Counted from the first letter of the stretch, positions 35,490-45,108 are shown. The stretch is 64,000 nt of DNA from Patescibacteria group bacterium (GCA_035692185.1 DASSIE010000028.1:4922-68921); one strand, 5' to 3'. Translations and numbers: made by a program. The notes: generated by a model from the letters alone, not told the origin.

Positions 35490-36353
35490 ATGACACAAGA
35501 TCCGATCAAAAACCTGCTTCCAAAATTTATAGAATCCCTAAAAGTTAAGGGGCGTTCTCCTGCGACTATTCTTGCCTACAGAAGCGACCTTGAACAGTTA
35601 ATTGACTTTTTGATCAAAAGGGAAAGAGTTTTACCTGACCAAGTAAGGCCTGATGATTTGGATTCTTTCCGTGATACCTTACTTGCCGACAAATACACCC
35701 CAAAATCAGTTTCCAGGAAGCTAAATGCGGTTAAAACCTTCTTTAGATGGATGATTGATCAAAATTTAGTACTTTCCGATTCATCCTCATCTGTTGCTCA
35801 CCCTAAAATTGACAGCGTCATGCCTAAATTTTTGTCTCAACTTGAGTACCGCGCTTTAAGAGACGTTGTAAGAAGTGACATCAGAATTGCAGCCATAATT
35901 GAGCTTATTTTGCAAACCGGACTAAGGATTTCTGAGGTTGCAAACCTTAAAACTGAGCACGCAAAAGATGGTTCTTTAAAGGTTGAATCCTATGCAACCC
36001 AACCAGAAAGAAATATTCCACTCAATAAACCCGCCATGGACGTTTTGGTTTCCTATACAGCCATAAGACCAAAAGTAGACTCCCCTTTTATTTTTATCAG
36101 CAAAAACGGTAAACCTTTGGCTGTCAGGAACATCAGGGCCTCAATTTCTAGATACATTCAAAGGGCAGAATTACCCAACTATTCGGTTAATGACTTAAGA
36201 ACAACCTTTATAGTAGAAAACCTTAAAAATGGAGTTGATTTAGTTCTTCTTTCTCAAGTTTCTGGGCACAAAAGACTCTCAACTACTGAGCGTTATTTGG
36301 AACTTGCTCAAATTACTGAGCCTGGTAAGAAACAGATTTTAATCGAACTTTAA
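35490..36353 (+). CDS. Xer-like tyrosine recombinase
   Basis: SAM-like N-domain (SPATILAYRSDL, SVSRKLNAVKTFFRW), TGLRISE, GHKRLSTTERY; box II reads NDLRTT. Confidence 0.88.
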   Translation: MTQDPIKNLLPKFIESLKVKGRSPATILAYRSDLEQLIDFLIKRERVLPDQVRPDDLDSFRDTLLADKYTPKSVSRKLNAVKTFFRWMIDQNLVLSDSSSSVAHPKIDSVMPKFLSQLEYRALRDVVRSDIRIAAIIELILQTGLRISEVANLKTEHAKDGSLKVESYATQPERNIPLNKPAMDVLVSYTAIRPKVDSPFIFISKNGKPLAVRNIRASISRYIQRAELPNYSVNDLRTTFIVENLKNGVDLVLLSQVSGHKRLSTTERYLELAQITEPGKKQILIEL

Positions 36354-36538
36354 GGAGTTTTAGTTTTCTGATAAACAGGGGTATCACTTTCACCAATTCC
36401 CCCTTCGAGGTCTTCCAACTGTTCCATAGTCTCTGAGAACCGTGCTACTTCATCTGAACTAAATGTATCACCAATTTGCTTTTTTAAATCTTCAAGAGCT
36501 TCAATTTGTTCTGCTACTGAGGATTCAGCTTTTGCCAT
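36350..36538 (-). CDS. Small acidic hypothetical protein
   Basis: 62-aa ORF with GGGAG SD-like sequence. Confidence 0.5.
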   Translation of the reverse strand: MAKAESSVAEQIEALEDLKKQIGDTFSSDEVARFSETMEQLEDLEGGIGESDTPVYQKTKTP

Positions 36539-36594
36539 ATTTTGCCTATGTTACTCCCCTAGAAAATGAAAATCAAATTTAGTTTTGTCGGAAC

Positions 36595-37023
36595 TTAATT
36601 CTCCGGGGGAACAAATTTTCCAGAGCTATTTTTAAATCCACTTGTTTTAACTTCATCTTTATATCCCATCTTTTCAGACAACTCATTCCAAACACCGATA
36701 TATCCGAAGATGTATTGTTTAGAACTTATTTCTATTTCAGGATCAACAATAATAGACAAATATCCCCAATTTCCAGCATCATCCACATTAATCTCTTTGT
36801 AGTAAACCTCGGGTTTGTGTTCTCTTATTATATTTTCAAACTGCTCCTCTGAAGGTTCAAAAACCAGAACCGGTCCACCCTGTTTAAAATCAGAGAATAA
36901 AACATTTCTTTTACACCCAACTAGATCGAATTTTTTCTCGATTTCAGCGATTTTTCCACGCATTTCTTCCGAATTTAATCTTTTTTCTAAATCTGCGACC
37001 AACATATCCCTTTTTTCTGTCAT
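36595..37023 (-). CDS. Hypothetical protein
   Basis: 142-aa ORF starting 5 nt after tRNA-Ile. Confidence 0.55.
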   Translation of the reverse strand: MTEKRDMLVADLEKRLNSEEMRGKIAEIEKKFDLVGCKRNVLFSDFKQGGPVLVFEPSEEQFENIIREHKPEVYYKEINVDDAGNWGYLSIIVDPEIEISSKQYIFGYIGVWNELSEKMGYKDEVKTSGFKNSSGKFVPPEN

Positions 37024-37027
37024 TTTG

Positions 37028-37099
37028 TAGGCCTGGATGGAGTCGAACCATCGTCTAAATTTTATAAGAATTTCGTCCTAACCGTTGAACGACAGGCCT
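37028..37099 (-). tRNA. tRNA-Ile(UAU)
   Basis: AGGCCTGTCGTTCAACGGTTAGGACGAAATT-CTTATAA-AATTTAGACGATGGTTCGACTCCATCCAGGCCTA; perfect acceptor and anticodon stems, anticodon TAT. Confidence 0.9.
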
Positions 37100-37125
37100 A
37101 TTTAGGTTGAGGCTATTATACCAGA

Positions 37126-37791
37126 TTATCCCTTTTCGTAATAATCTGAAATCGCACGAATCGCCATCATTATATTTTCCTTTTCTACCGTCTTAAAAAC
37201 AGAGACTGTACACGTACCATGACCAAAACCTTTTTGGCTAATTTTTGCTACCAATGATTTCTTAATATAAGGTTTAGAAAATTGACTACTTTCTATATTC
37301 AAGACTTTTGACCAATATTCTGTTTCTAATTTAATATTCATATCACTATATAAATGCAATCTAATATGGATTTTGTCTCCCAGGAAACCCAGACAATCTT
37401 TAAACCACTGTATTGTAAACTTAATAACATCAGGATCTGTATTGGCTATGCTGATTGTATTATTGCTAACTTTGTTTCCCTCTCCCCAATACAAAAAGAG
37501 TCCAGCTAAAAACTTTTCTCTTTCTGTAAGAGGTATCCACTTTTTAATCTGATTTTTATAATATCCGCTTAATCTATCTTTTCGTTTTTTCTTCATTGCA
37601 CTCTTATACCTCTCTACTGCTCTGACCTTCTTCATTTTTAAGCCTGCAACCTGTTTATTTGTTAACACGATGTCCCTCAACCAAAGACTAAGTGAACTCT
37701 TTGAAACTTTGATAATCTTCCTGATCTCAGAATAACTCTTACCAGTTTTTCTGAGATCAACAACTTTTCTTTTAGTTAGTAACTTAGTCAT
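37126..37791 (-). CDS. HTH plus LAGLIDADG-like domain protein
   Basis: N-terminal LRKTGKSYSEI...VSKSSLSLWLR HTH; AGLFLYWGEG helix followed by ISIANTDP. Confidence 0.7.
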   Translation of the reverse strand: MTKLLTKRKVVDLRKTGKSYSEIRKIIKVSKSSLSLWLRDIVLTNKQVAGLKMKKVRAVERYKSAMKKKRKDRLSGYYKNQIKKWIPLTEREKFLAGLFLYWGEGNKVSNNTISIANTDPDVIKFTIQWFKDCLGFLGDKIHIRLHLYSDMNIKLETEYWSKVLNIESSQFSKPYIKKSLVAKISQKGFGHGTCTVSVFKTVEKENIMMAIRAISDYYEKG

Positions 37792-37845
37792 AATCGAACC
37801 TTAGTTTATTATCACAGAAAGTAAATCCTAATGTCAAATGAAGTC

Positions 37846-40179
37846 TTATAGCTTGGCTCTTCTCACAATCTCAGCCTCTACCAACTTTTCGTCACGGCCG
37901 TATTTAAGTCTACTCATTTCTATTATAATTTCTGCAATTCTAGGATTTTCCATTGCTTTTTGCTTAGTCATGTCTTTTGTTAGGTCGATAGAAAATGGTG
38001 GAACTGGTTCATTGTTTACTATTGTTTTAACGTAAGCATGATAGCGCTCGACATTCAAGAGGTCATCTTCTCCAAAGACTGGGGAAAATTCGTGTGCCAA
38101 ATAACTAGCATCGGTTACCCCAACACGGTATGCAATTATTGTTCCCACGTTGCCAAACACTGCATTCTTAACCTCTTCCTCCACCTGGCCTATAAACTGA
38201 TTGGCAACACAAAGACCAAGTCTATATTTTCTGGCTTCAGACAAGATTACTGCAAAGTCGGGCGTCGCAAAATTCTGAAACTCATCAACATAGAAATGGA
38301 AATCCCGTCTGGCTTCCATCGGCATATCTACCCTACTCATAGCCGCCATTAAAACTCGGGGAACTAAAATTAAACCCAAAAAGTTGGAGTTCTCCTCCCC
38401 TAGACTACCTTTAGCTAAATTGATGAGAAGTATCTTTCCGTTATCCATAACGTCTCTTAAATTGAAAGAACTTTGTGATTGGCCAATAATATTTCTGATT
38501 AATTTATTTGTAACAAATCGGCCAAATTTAGACGTAATGTAATCCAAGACTTCTGATTTGTGAAAGTCTGAAGTCTGGGCAATTTGATCTGTCCAATATC
38601 TACGAATAATTGGGTCTGTTACTTTTGGCAAAAGTTCTTGAACAAACTTGGCATCGGTTAAAATTCTCATAATTTCCACAAACGTACTTCCCGGCTCGGC
38701 CATTGCAGTTAACATGGCGTTCCTTACCGCGTGCTCGAAGCGGGGTCCAACTATTCCGGTTTTGTATGGATCAAAAAGTTTGTACATCATATTAATTACT
38801 GCTGTGGCTGCAAAGTGCTTTTCATCCTCCGAATTTGCCTCCAATAAATTAAATCCCATTGGGCGCTCAACGTCGCTTGGGTTAAAGTAAATAACATCCT
38901 CAGCCCTCTCTGGTGGAATAAGTTTTAATATATCCTCGATTGCATCGCCATGTGGATCCATGAAACAAACTCCTTTTCCTTCCCTAATATCTTGCAGTAT
39001 CATGTCTTTAAGAAGCTCAGATTTTCCAGTTCCGGTTTTACCAATAATGTAGACGTGGCGCATTCGGTCCTCTTTACCAATGTAAACCGGCCGCTTTAGA
39101 CCTCTGTAGTTACTCTCACCTAAATAAAGTCCTTCTGTTGGAATTTGACTAGGAGCAGGGGCACTTTTTGCATTCAGCCAAAAAATATGCGGAGTCGTGA
39201 TTTGGCGGTTCGGAAAATGAAAAATAGTAGCCAACTCTTCTGTATTTAATATTGAAATATGATTTTTAAAAATATTAAACATTGGCATATATCTATAAAG
39301 AAAATCCTCCATAAAAGCGCCTTTTCTGTAAATTTTTCGCCCCCCTAGGCTATTCATGTCTCCTGAAAATTGAGAAAAAGCACCGCTAATATTTGTCACA
39401 TGTCCTTTTGCTGATTCCTCACTATCTGAAACTACTACAACACGAATAGATGTTTCGAATCCAGGTTTGCCTATTTTATTTTCAACTGCCTCTAAAGTTT
39501 TAGCTGGTGTGGAAAATTTAGCTTTTTCAGGATCACTTTCTTGTTTTTTTGTATCACTGATAAATTTACTTCCTTCTTTTTGCCACGAGCTCTCGGCTGG
39601 GGAAATCAAGACCTGAATTGCAGCCGCCTCCCCTGGTCCCATTTTAGCCAGAGCCGAAGTAATTCCACTCATGGGATCAGTTGGTAAATCTTTAAAAGTT
39701 TTAACAGGGTAGAAGTTCCCTTTATTTAATTGGAATGATTTATATGCAACTTTCCCCTCAGGGGTAAAAATATTATATTCATCAACCTCCATTACTTCGG
39801 CATCAGAATATGCGCCGTGAATTTGTTTTTCTACTAAATCTTTTAAATTTTTTGGGGCCCAGACGTAGAACTTAATGTCTTCAAGTTTTGCAACAATCTC
39901 AAAAGAGATTACGGGTTGAATAGAAAATTTTTGCTTCCATCCTCCTTTTTTGATTGTATAAAGGGAAGAAAAAAGCTGTTCCATTACATCGATCTTAATT
40001 TCGTTGTTGCGGGGTAGAGAAACCTGCAAAAGAACTGAGTCAATTGATTTTCCTTCCCTGTCTTTGTTTTTATAAAAAACAAAAGCCATGTAACCTAAAA
40101 TTGATAAAATAAATACAACGACCCCAACCGTTAGCAAAGTAGTAATTATTAAACCAATATCGATCGATGGAATGTACAT
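37846..40179 (-). CDS. Membrane-anchored VirB4/TraG/HerA-like P-loop ATPase
   Basis: N-terminal TM helix, RHVYIIGKTGTGKS, DPHGD, YVDEFQNF, SEARKYRL, ANQ. Confidence 0.85.
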   Translation of the reverse strand: MYIPSIDIGLIITTLLTVGVVVFILSILGYMAFVFYKNKDREGKSIDSVLLQVSLPRNNEIKIDVMEQLFSSLYTIKKGGWKQKFSIQPVISFEIVAKLEDIKFYVWAPKNLKDLVEKQIHGAYSDAEVMEVDEYNIFTPEGKVAYKSFQLNKGNFYPVKTFKDLPTDPMSGITSALAKMGPGEAAAIQVLISPAESSWQKEGSKFISDTKKQESDPEKAKFSTPAKTLEAVENKIGKPGFETSIRVVVVSDSEESAKGHVTNISGAFSQFSGDMNSLGGRKIYRKGAFMEDFLYRYMPMFNIFKNHISILNTEELATIFHFPNRQITTPHIFWLNAKSAPAPSQIPTEGLYLGESNYRGLKRPVYIGKEDRMRHVYIIGKTGTGKSELLKDMILQDIREGKGVCFMDPHGDAIEDILKLIPPERAEDVIYFNPSDVERPMGFNLLEANSEDEKHFAATAVINMMYKLFDPYKTGIVGPRFEHAVRNAMLTAMAEPGSTFVEIMRILTDAKFVQELLPKVTDPIIRRYWTDQIAQTSDFHKSEVLDYITSKFGRFVTNKLIRNIIGQSQSSFNLRDVMDNGKILLINLAKGSLGEENSNFLGLILVPRVLMAAMSRVDMPMEARRDFHFYVDEFQNFATPDFAVILSEARKYRLGLCVANQFIGQVEEEVKNAVFGNVGTIIAYRVGVTDASYLAHEFSPVFGEDDLLNVERYHAYVKTIVNNEPVPPFSIDLTKDMTKQKAMENPRIAEIIIEMSRLKYGRDEKLVEAEIVRRAKL

Positions 40180-40185
40180 ATAAAA

Positions 40186-40527
40186 TTATTTAGGCGTTTC
40201 GGAACTTGCCACAACTTTCCAACCAAAAAACATTGCCTTTTTAATAATTCTTAACCAAAAAGCTGCTAACCAAGTTACTGACGACCCAACATCCCCTTTT
40301 GATTGGTTTGTTAAAGCTGTTTGGTCATTTGGAATTGTAACAGTTGTTACTTGTGTGGGTGTAGCTTTAATTAAAGGTTGCCCGCTATCATCCTGCGTCT
40401 GCGACTGAAAAGTCTTCTGAACAACTTTAATTCCACTATCTTGTAGAGTCTCAGGAACTATAAATTCTTCCTGTCGTTCCATAGCCCGTGGAATTTCTGT
40501 TCTTAATGTTTCGGGAGTGGCAGCCAT
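40186..40527 (-). CDS. Hypothetical protein
   Basis: 113-aa ORF; C-terminal SSVTWLA..W.R.IKK. Confidence 0.6.
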   Translation of the reverse strand: MAATPETLRTEIPRAMERQEEFIVPETLQDSGIKVVQKTFQSQTQDDSGQPLIKATPTQVTTVTIPNDQTALTNQSKGDVGSSVTWLAAFWLRIIKKAMFFGWKVVASSETPK

Positions 40528-40574
40528 ACTGATTTATTTTACACCTTTTTAGCTTCTTTCCTAATAAGCGTTTA

Positions 40575-41117
40575 TTACTTTGAAGTCTTCCAGAAATCTT
40601 CTTTAATTCCGTTTTCCAAATTCATACTGCGAGCCAACATAAATAAATAATCAGACAAACGATTCATATAAATTGAAACCGATTCAGGAACTGGTTCTTT
40701 TTTAGCAAAAGCGACAAGCGACCTTTCAGCTCTGCGCGCGAGGCCCCGCGCGAAAAAAAGAAATGAAGCTTCGATACCACCACCATAGAAAATAAAATTT
40801 TTAAGTACTGGTAACGTCCCCTCCCAAACATCTATCTCTTTTTCTAACTTTTTAGTTTTAGTTTTACTAAATTTTAGTTTTCCCCCAGCTAAAATTGAAT
40901 TTATAACAAACAAGTTTGTCTGAATCTCTATTATCTTTTTTTGAAGCTTACTGTCTTTGCCAAAGGCTCTAACAATTCCCAAGACACTATTTAATTCATC
41001 AAGTGCTCCAATAGTTTTAATTTGGCAAGAACTTTTGCGTACGGGAACAAGTTGCCCTGATTTTTTGTCAAAAACGCGAGTTGTTCCTTTGTCACCAGTC
41101 TTGGTGTAAATGGCCAT
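40575..41117 (-). CDS. ATP:cob(I)alamin adenosyltransferase (PduO type)
   Basis: IYTKTGDKGTT, GALDELNS, ARRAER, YMNRLSDYLFMLAR. Confidence 0.93.
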   Translation of the reverse strand: MAIYTKTGDKGTTRVFDKKSGQLVPVRKSSCQIKTIGALDELNSVLGIVRAFGKDSKLQKKIIEIQTNLFVINSILAGGKLKFSKTKTKKLEKEIDVWEGTLPVLKNFIFYGGGIEASFLFFARGLARRAERSLVAFAKKEPVPESVSIYMNRLSDYLFMLARSMNLENGIKEDFWKTSK

Positions 41118-41132
41118 TTGGGGGAATTATAA

Positions 41133-43616
41133 CTAGCACTCCGAGTGTCCGCAAGCGTGGCATTTGGCGCAGCCTTCTTCGTAAACAAGAGCCGATGCGC
41201 CGCAGGAGGGGCAAATGTCCCCGGTTTTCATTGTTTCAAAACTAACTTCAGGGGCAGCTTCGGTTTGTGCAGAATTTGCTTGAGAATCAGCACTATCTGA
41301 ACTTACAGAATGCAAGTTAAATCCAAAGTGAAGTCCAATGGCCCTAGCTACTGCGTCAGGTAAGGATTTAACTTTATTTGGCCCAAATCCAACTGAACGG
41401 CCTCCTGAGATTCCCTTCATCTGCATCATAATCTCCCTTGCTCTCTCCTTTGCTGGTAAATGGTTGCCAAACCTTAGGGTGGTAGAAATTAAGCGTCCTA
41501 ATGCCTCGGCAAGCGCTGCTACTTCACTCCCGGCTTTGCCTATCATTATAAATACTTCAAATGGATCGCCCTTTTCATCTTCATTAACTGTAATAAATGC
41601 GTTTCCAAGTGGGGTTGCAATTTTATATGTGGCACCGCTAACTTTAAGTGGCCTTTCTGCCACCAATTGGTGAACGGCTGTTTGGGTTACCTCTTCTTTT
41701 TTAACTTCACCATTTTTAGTTCCAAGATTTAAGACTTGTGCATCCTTACTGCCATCCCTAAATATCGTGATTCCCTTACACTCTGATTCCCAAGCTGCAA
41801 GGTAGCATTTTTTAACATCTTCTGCAGTTGAGTCGTGACGAAGATTTATAGTTTTACTTACAGCATTTTCAGTATATTTCTGGAAGGCGGCTTGGGTTCT
41901 AATGTGCCAAGGGACGTCAATCTCGTGTGCTGTGCCAAAAGTTGCCCTAACATCTGCCGGAATTTCTTCAATTGCTCTCACTACTCCATGTTCCGAAACT
42001 TTTTCCATTAAAGCTTCTGACCAAAAACCCTTTTCTTTTGCAACTTTCTCGAATCTGGGTTCAACGAAGGTCATTTTTCGATCTAAATGTTTATCTTTGA
42101 CAATGTGTTGGAATGCAATTGCAAAAAGTGGTTCACAACCACTTGATGCTCCCGCAATAATTGATATTGTTCCAGTTGGGGCAATTGTAGTTACTGTTGA
42201 ATTACGTCTGGGTTTACCATCTCTGTAAATTGAAAGTGCCCAAAGTGGGAATGGGCCGCGTTCTACTGCTAATTTTTCATCCTCTGCCACGCCAACGTCC
42301 GAGATATGCTTCATAACTTTCTCGGCCAAAACCATTGCCTCCTCACTGTCATAGGCAATTCCAAGTTCAATCAACATATCTGCCCAACCACCAATTCCAA
42401 GACCAATGCGCCTGGAGTTATATACGGTTTTTCTTATCTGGTCGAGTGGATATGGGTTAACTTCAATTACATTATCCAAAAATCTGACTGCATCACGAGT
42501 AACAAGGCTTAATTTATCCCAGTCAACTGTTTTTTCACCCTTTTCTTCTTTAATAAAGTAGCCTAAGAAAATACTCCCTAAGTTACAGGCATCAAATGGA
42601 TAAAGTGGCTGTTCACCACAAGGATTAGTTGACTCAACGGGTCCGAGTGATGGAATAGGATTTGCTGTGCTATTATTAATTCTATCTATAAATATAAGTC
42701 CTGGGTCCCCTGTTCTCCAAGCTCCATTGGCAATCTCGTCAAAAACATGCCTTGCTGAAAGCTCACCCACAACTTTTTTAGTTCTTGGATCAATCAAATC
42801 ATAATTTTCGTCTTTGTAGTAAGCGTCCATAAATTTGTCTGTTAGGGCAACTGAGATATTGAAGTTAGTTATTCCACCCTCTTCTTTACAATGAATAAAC
42901 TCCAAAACATCTGGGTGATCAACTCTTAAGATTCCCATATTAGCTCCACGTCGTTTACCCCCTTGTTTAACTTCATTTGTAGCAGCATCAAAAATCCTCA
43001 TAAAAGAAACTGGGCCCGAAGCAGTTCCTGATGAAGTTTTGACGAGTGACCCATTGGGCCTTAATCTACTAAAGGAAAATCCTGTTCCCCCGCCTGTTTT
43101 ATGGATTATTGCTTGATATTTAAGTGCGTCGAAAATCCCCTCCATAGAGTCCTCAACTGGAAGCACAAAACATGCAGAATATTGAAGACCATTGCCAGTT
43201 CCCGCATTCATTAAAGTTGGTGAATTTGGCAAAAATTCGCGAGACGTCATTAATTTATAAAATCGCTTGGCAATCTCGAGTACTTGTTTTTTATTTTTCC
43301 CCCATCTGGCTTCGGCGGAAGCTATTTCCCAGGCAACTCTCCACATAACATCTTCCGGAGTTTCAATCGGAAGCAAATTTTCGTCTTTAACTAAATATCT
43401 TTCTGATAAGACTTTTAACGCCTGCTCTGTCCACTCTCCCGTAGGGAGATCTTTCGGCATTTCGGGTCTTGTCCCAACTTTTTTCTCGATTTCCTTTTTT
43501 ACTTCTTCATAACTTGGCGCCGTTAAATCGTTTAAAGAAAGTTTTGTTTCACCATTCTTGTAAACAATTTTTTTCTTGCCAACTTGCGCAAATTTATTTT
43601 TTACTTGTGTTTCCAT
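41133..43616 (-). CDS. nrdJ: Adenosylcobalamin-dependent (class II) ribonucleotide reductase with C-terminal TSCPD/Zn-ribbon
   Basis: PNSPTLMNAG, SACFV, RRGANMG, TNPCGEQPL, TIAPTGTIS, CKGITIFRDGS; C-terminal CPSC...C..CG.SEC; no NrdB nearby. Confidence 0.93.
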   Translation of the reverse strand: METQVKNKFAQVGKKKIVYKNGETKLSLNDLTAPSYEEVKKEIEKKVGTRPEMPKDLPTGEWTEQALKVLSERYLVKDENLLPIETPEDVMWRVAWEIASAEARWGKNKKQVLEIAKRFYKLMTSREFLPNSPTLMNAGTGNGLQYSACFVLPVEDSMEGIFDALKYQAIIHKTGGGTGFSFSRLRPNGSLVKTSSGTASGPVSFMRIFDAATNEVKQGGKRRGANMGILRVDHPDVLEFIHCKEEGGITNFNISVALTDKFMDAYYKDENYDLIDPRTKKVVGELSARHVFDEIANGAWRTGDPGLIFIDRINNSTANPIPSLGPVESTNPCGEQPLYPFDACNLGSIFLGYFIKEEKGEKTVDWDKLSLVTRDAVRFLDNVIEVNPYPLDQIRKTVYNSRRIGLGIGGWADMLIELGIAYDSEEAMVLAEKVMKHISDVGVAEDEKLAVERGPFPLWALSIYRDGKPRRNSTVTTIAPTGTISIIAGASSGCEPLFAIAFQHIVKDKHLDRKMTFVEPRFEKVAKEKGFWSEALMEKVSEHGVVRAIEEIPADVRATFGTAHEIDVPWHIRTQAAFQKYTENAVSKTINLRHDSTAEDVKKCYLAAWESECKGITIFRDGSKDAQVLNLGTKNGEVKKEEVTQTAVHQLVAERPLKVSGATYKIATPLGNAFITVNEDEKGDPFEVFIMIGKAGSEVAALAEALGRLISTTLRFGNHLPAKERAREIMMQMKGISGGRSVGFGPNKVKSLPDAVARAIGLHFGFNLHSVSSDSADSQANSAQTEAAPEVSFETMKTGDICPSCGASALVYEEGCAKCHACGHSEC

Positions 43617-43667
43617 ATTTTTTATTTTTCAACATTCGATCGATAGATCGGATGAGAATGATTTTCA

Positions 43668-44105
43668 TCATTCTATAGCTTTTTCAAAATCACTTAAGTC
43701 TTCAAACTCCAAATATACGCTTGCAAACCTTAACCAAGCTACTTTATCTACCTTTTTTAACTTCTTAAGTATTGCATTACCAATTTTTTTAGAACTAATC
43801 TCTTGGGCTTCTTCTCTCAGCATTTCTCGTTCTATCTCATCGACTATGCTTTCGACAAAATCAAGTGATACTGGTCTCTTTTGTATTGCCCTTAATATTC
43901 CTCTTTTAATTTTCTCTCTATCAAAAGGCTCACGTTTACCGTCCTTTTTAACTACCCAAAGTACACCTGTTTTTACTTTTTCAAATGTCGTAAACCTTTT
44001 TCCGCATTTGGTGCACTCTCTTCTTCTTCTAATTGCACCACCCTCATCAACCATTCTGCTTTCAAGTACCTGTGAATCAATCTTTCCGCAAAATGGACAT
44101 TTCAT
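43668..44105 (-). CDS. nrdR: Transcriptional repressor NrdR
   Basis: MKCPFC, RRRRECTKCGKRFTTFE, ATP cone, RFASVY. Confidence 0.96.
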   Translation of the reverse strand: MKCPFCGKIDSQVLESRMVDEGGAIRRRRECTKCGKRFTTFEKVKTGVLWVVKKDGKREPFDREKIKRGILRAIQKRPVSLDFVESIVDEIEREMLREEAQEISSKKIGNAILKKLKKVDKVAWLRFASVYLEFEDLSDFEKAIE

Positions 44106-44130
44106 AAATTTTCACTTGTGAAATAAAAAC

Positions 44131-44200
44131 ACACTTCCAGTAGTGACAACGTTGATAATCTAACACTACCCGTAGACGGTCAACTATCAACATTTAGTGC
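44131..44200. promoter_or_regulatory. Tandem NrdR-box-like sites
   Basis: acacttccagtagtga (44131), acactacccgtagacg (44163) and tatcaacatttagtgc (44185); 32- and 22-bp offsets; partial match to consensus acaCwAtATaTwGtgt. Confidence 0.55.
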
Positions 44201-44324
44201 TAAATATATCAACTTAAGCATGGTGTATGCCTATGATTTTAAATATTCCCGAAGTTTCTGCGGAGATTATTTTTGAAAGAAAAAATGATAATTTTTAATG
44301 GTTCAAATAAGTGAAACAATAATG

Positions 44325-44957
44325 TTAATTAAGCCCTTCAAATGGGTTAATTGGAGCTTGTTCTCCTTTAGAATTTAGGACATCCCTAGACGACTTATAT
44401 GCGTTTTTTGAGTATTCCTCAAACTTAATCACTTCTGGTTTACCGTCCTCCGGAACAAATTTTAAAACATCTTCAATTAATTGTCTGTGTTTTAGGGAAG
44501 ACATTGCAAGTTTCTTTAAGAATGAAGTTGTGTCAATTCCTTTGTTTCTGGCCTTTACCTCCTCGTCTACCGCAATTTGCAAATACTTCTCCCCTTTTGT
44601 AAGTGTGGAAAGAGCAATATCAGGTTTTTTACTCTCGAAAAGAGCTTTTGCAGCTAAAAGTCTCTTGTCAGAAAAAAGAAGTGCCAGTTCTGCTTTTTTT
44701 AAAGGATTAAAGCTAAATATGTACCAGACTCTGTCTCTTACCGCCTTAATTGTCCAAAGTGGATTATCGGGAAGAATTCTCCCTTCGTATGGAATATCAT
44801 AATCAATTTCAGGGGTTTTAATACTCAAATCAGATGGTGTCGGCGAAGGGATAGTTGTTGCTAGGGCGTACGAAATTGAAGAAGTCCTCATTAGGGAAAC
44901 CGAAAGAATAACGAAAGCTAGGGCAAATACTAAAGTTCCGAACAAGTATTTCCTCAT
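44325..44957 (-). CDS. DUF5667-like secreted helical protein
   Basis: Signal/TM segment, ILPDNPLW.IK..RD, KKAEL.L..SDKRL. Confidence 0.7.
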   Translation of the reverse strand: MRKYLFGTLVFALAFVILSVSLMRTSSISYALATTIPSPTPSDLSIKTPEIDYDIPYEGRILPDNPLWTIKAVRDRVWYIFSFNPLKKAELALLFSDKRLLAAKALFESKKPDIALSTLTKGEKYLQIAVDEEVKARNKGIDTTSFLKKLAMSSLKHRQLIEDVLKFVPEDGKPEVIKFEEYSKNAYKSSRDVLNSKGEQAPINPFEGLN

Positions 44958-45002
44958 TTGTGGGTAATTGTAATACTACTTTTTTGTTCAATATTTGTCA
45001 AA

Positions 45003-45108
45003 CAAATTGAATAAGCAAATAAGCAAATTACTCAAATTACAAATAACTTTCAAATTATTAAACCATTCAAACATTTATTTGCAGATTTGATTTTTGTAGA
45101 TTTGTTTA
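45003..45108. repeat. ~8-bp tandem-repeat inverted hairpin (CAAATwAg / ATTTG)
   Basis: caaataag caaattact caaatta caaataac ... atttg cagatttg atttttg tagatttg. Confidence 0.65.

Noticed and set aside
35490-37791. Prophage or integrative element around the tyrosine recombinase
   Set aside because: No phage structural or replication genes and no direct repeats of the adjacent tRNA ends found; the recombinase looks Xer-like.
41133-43616. Intein or intron in nrdJ
   Set aside because: The ORF is continuous and of normal length, with no splice-junction motifs or endonuclease insert.
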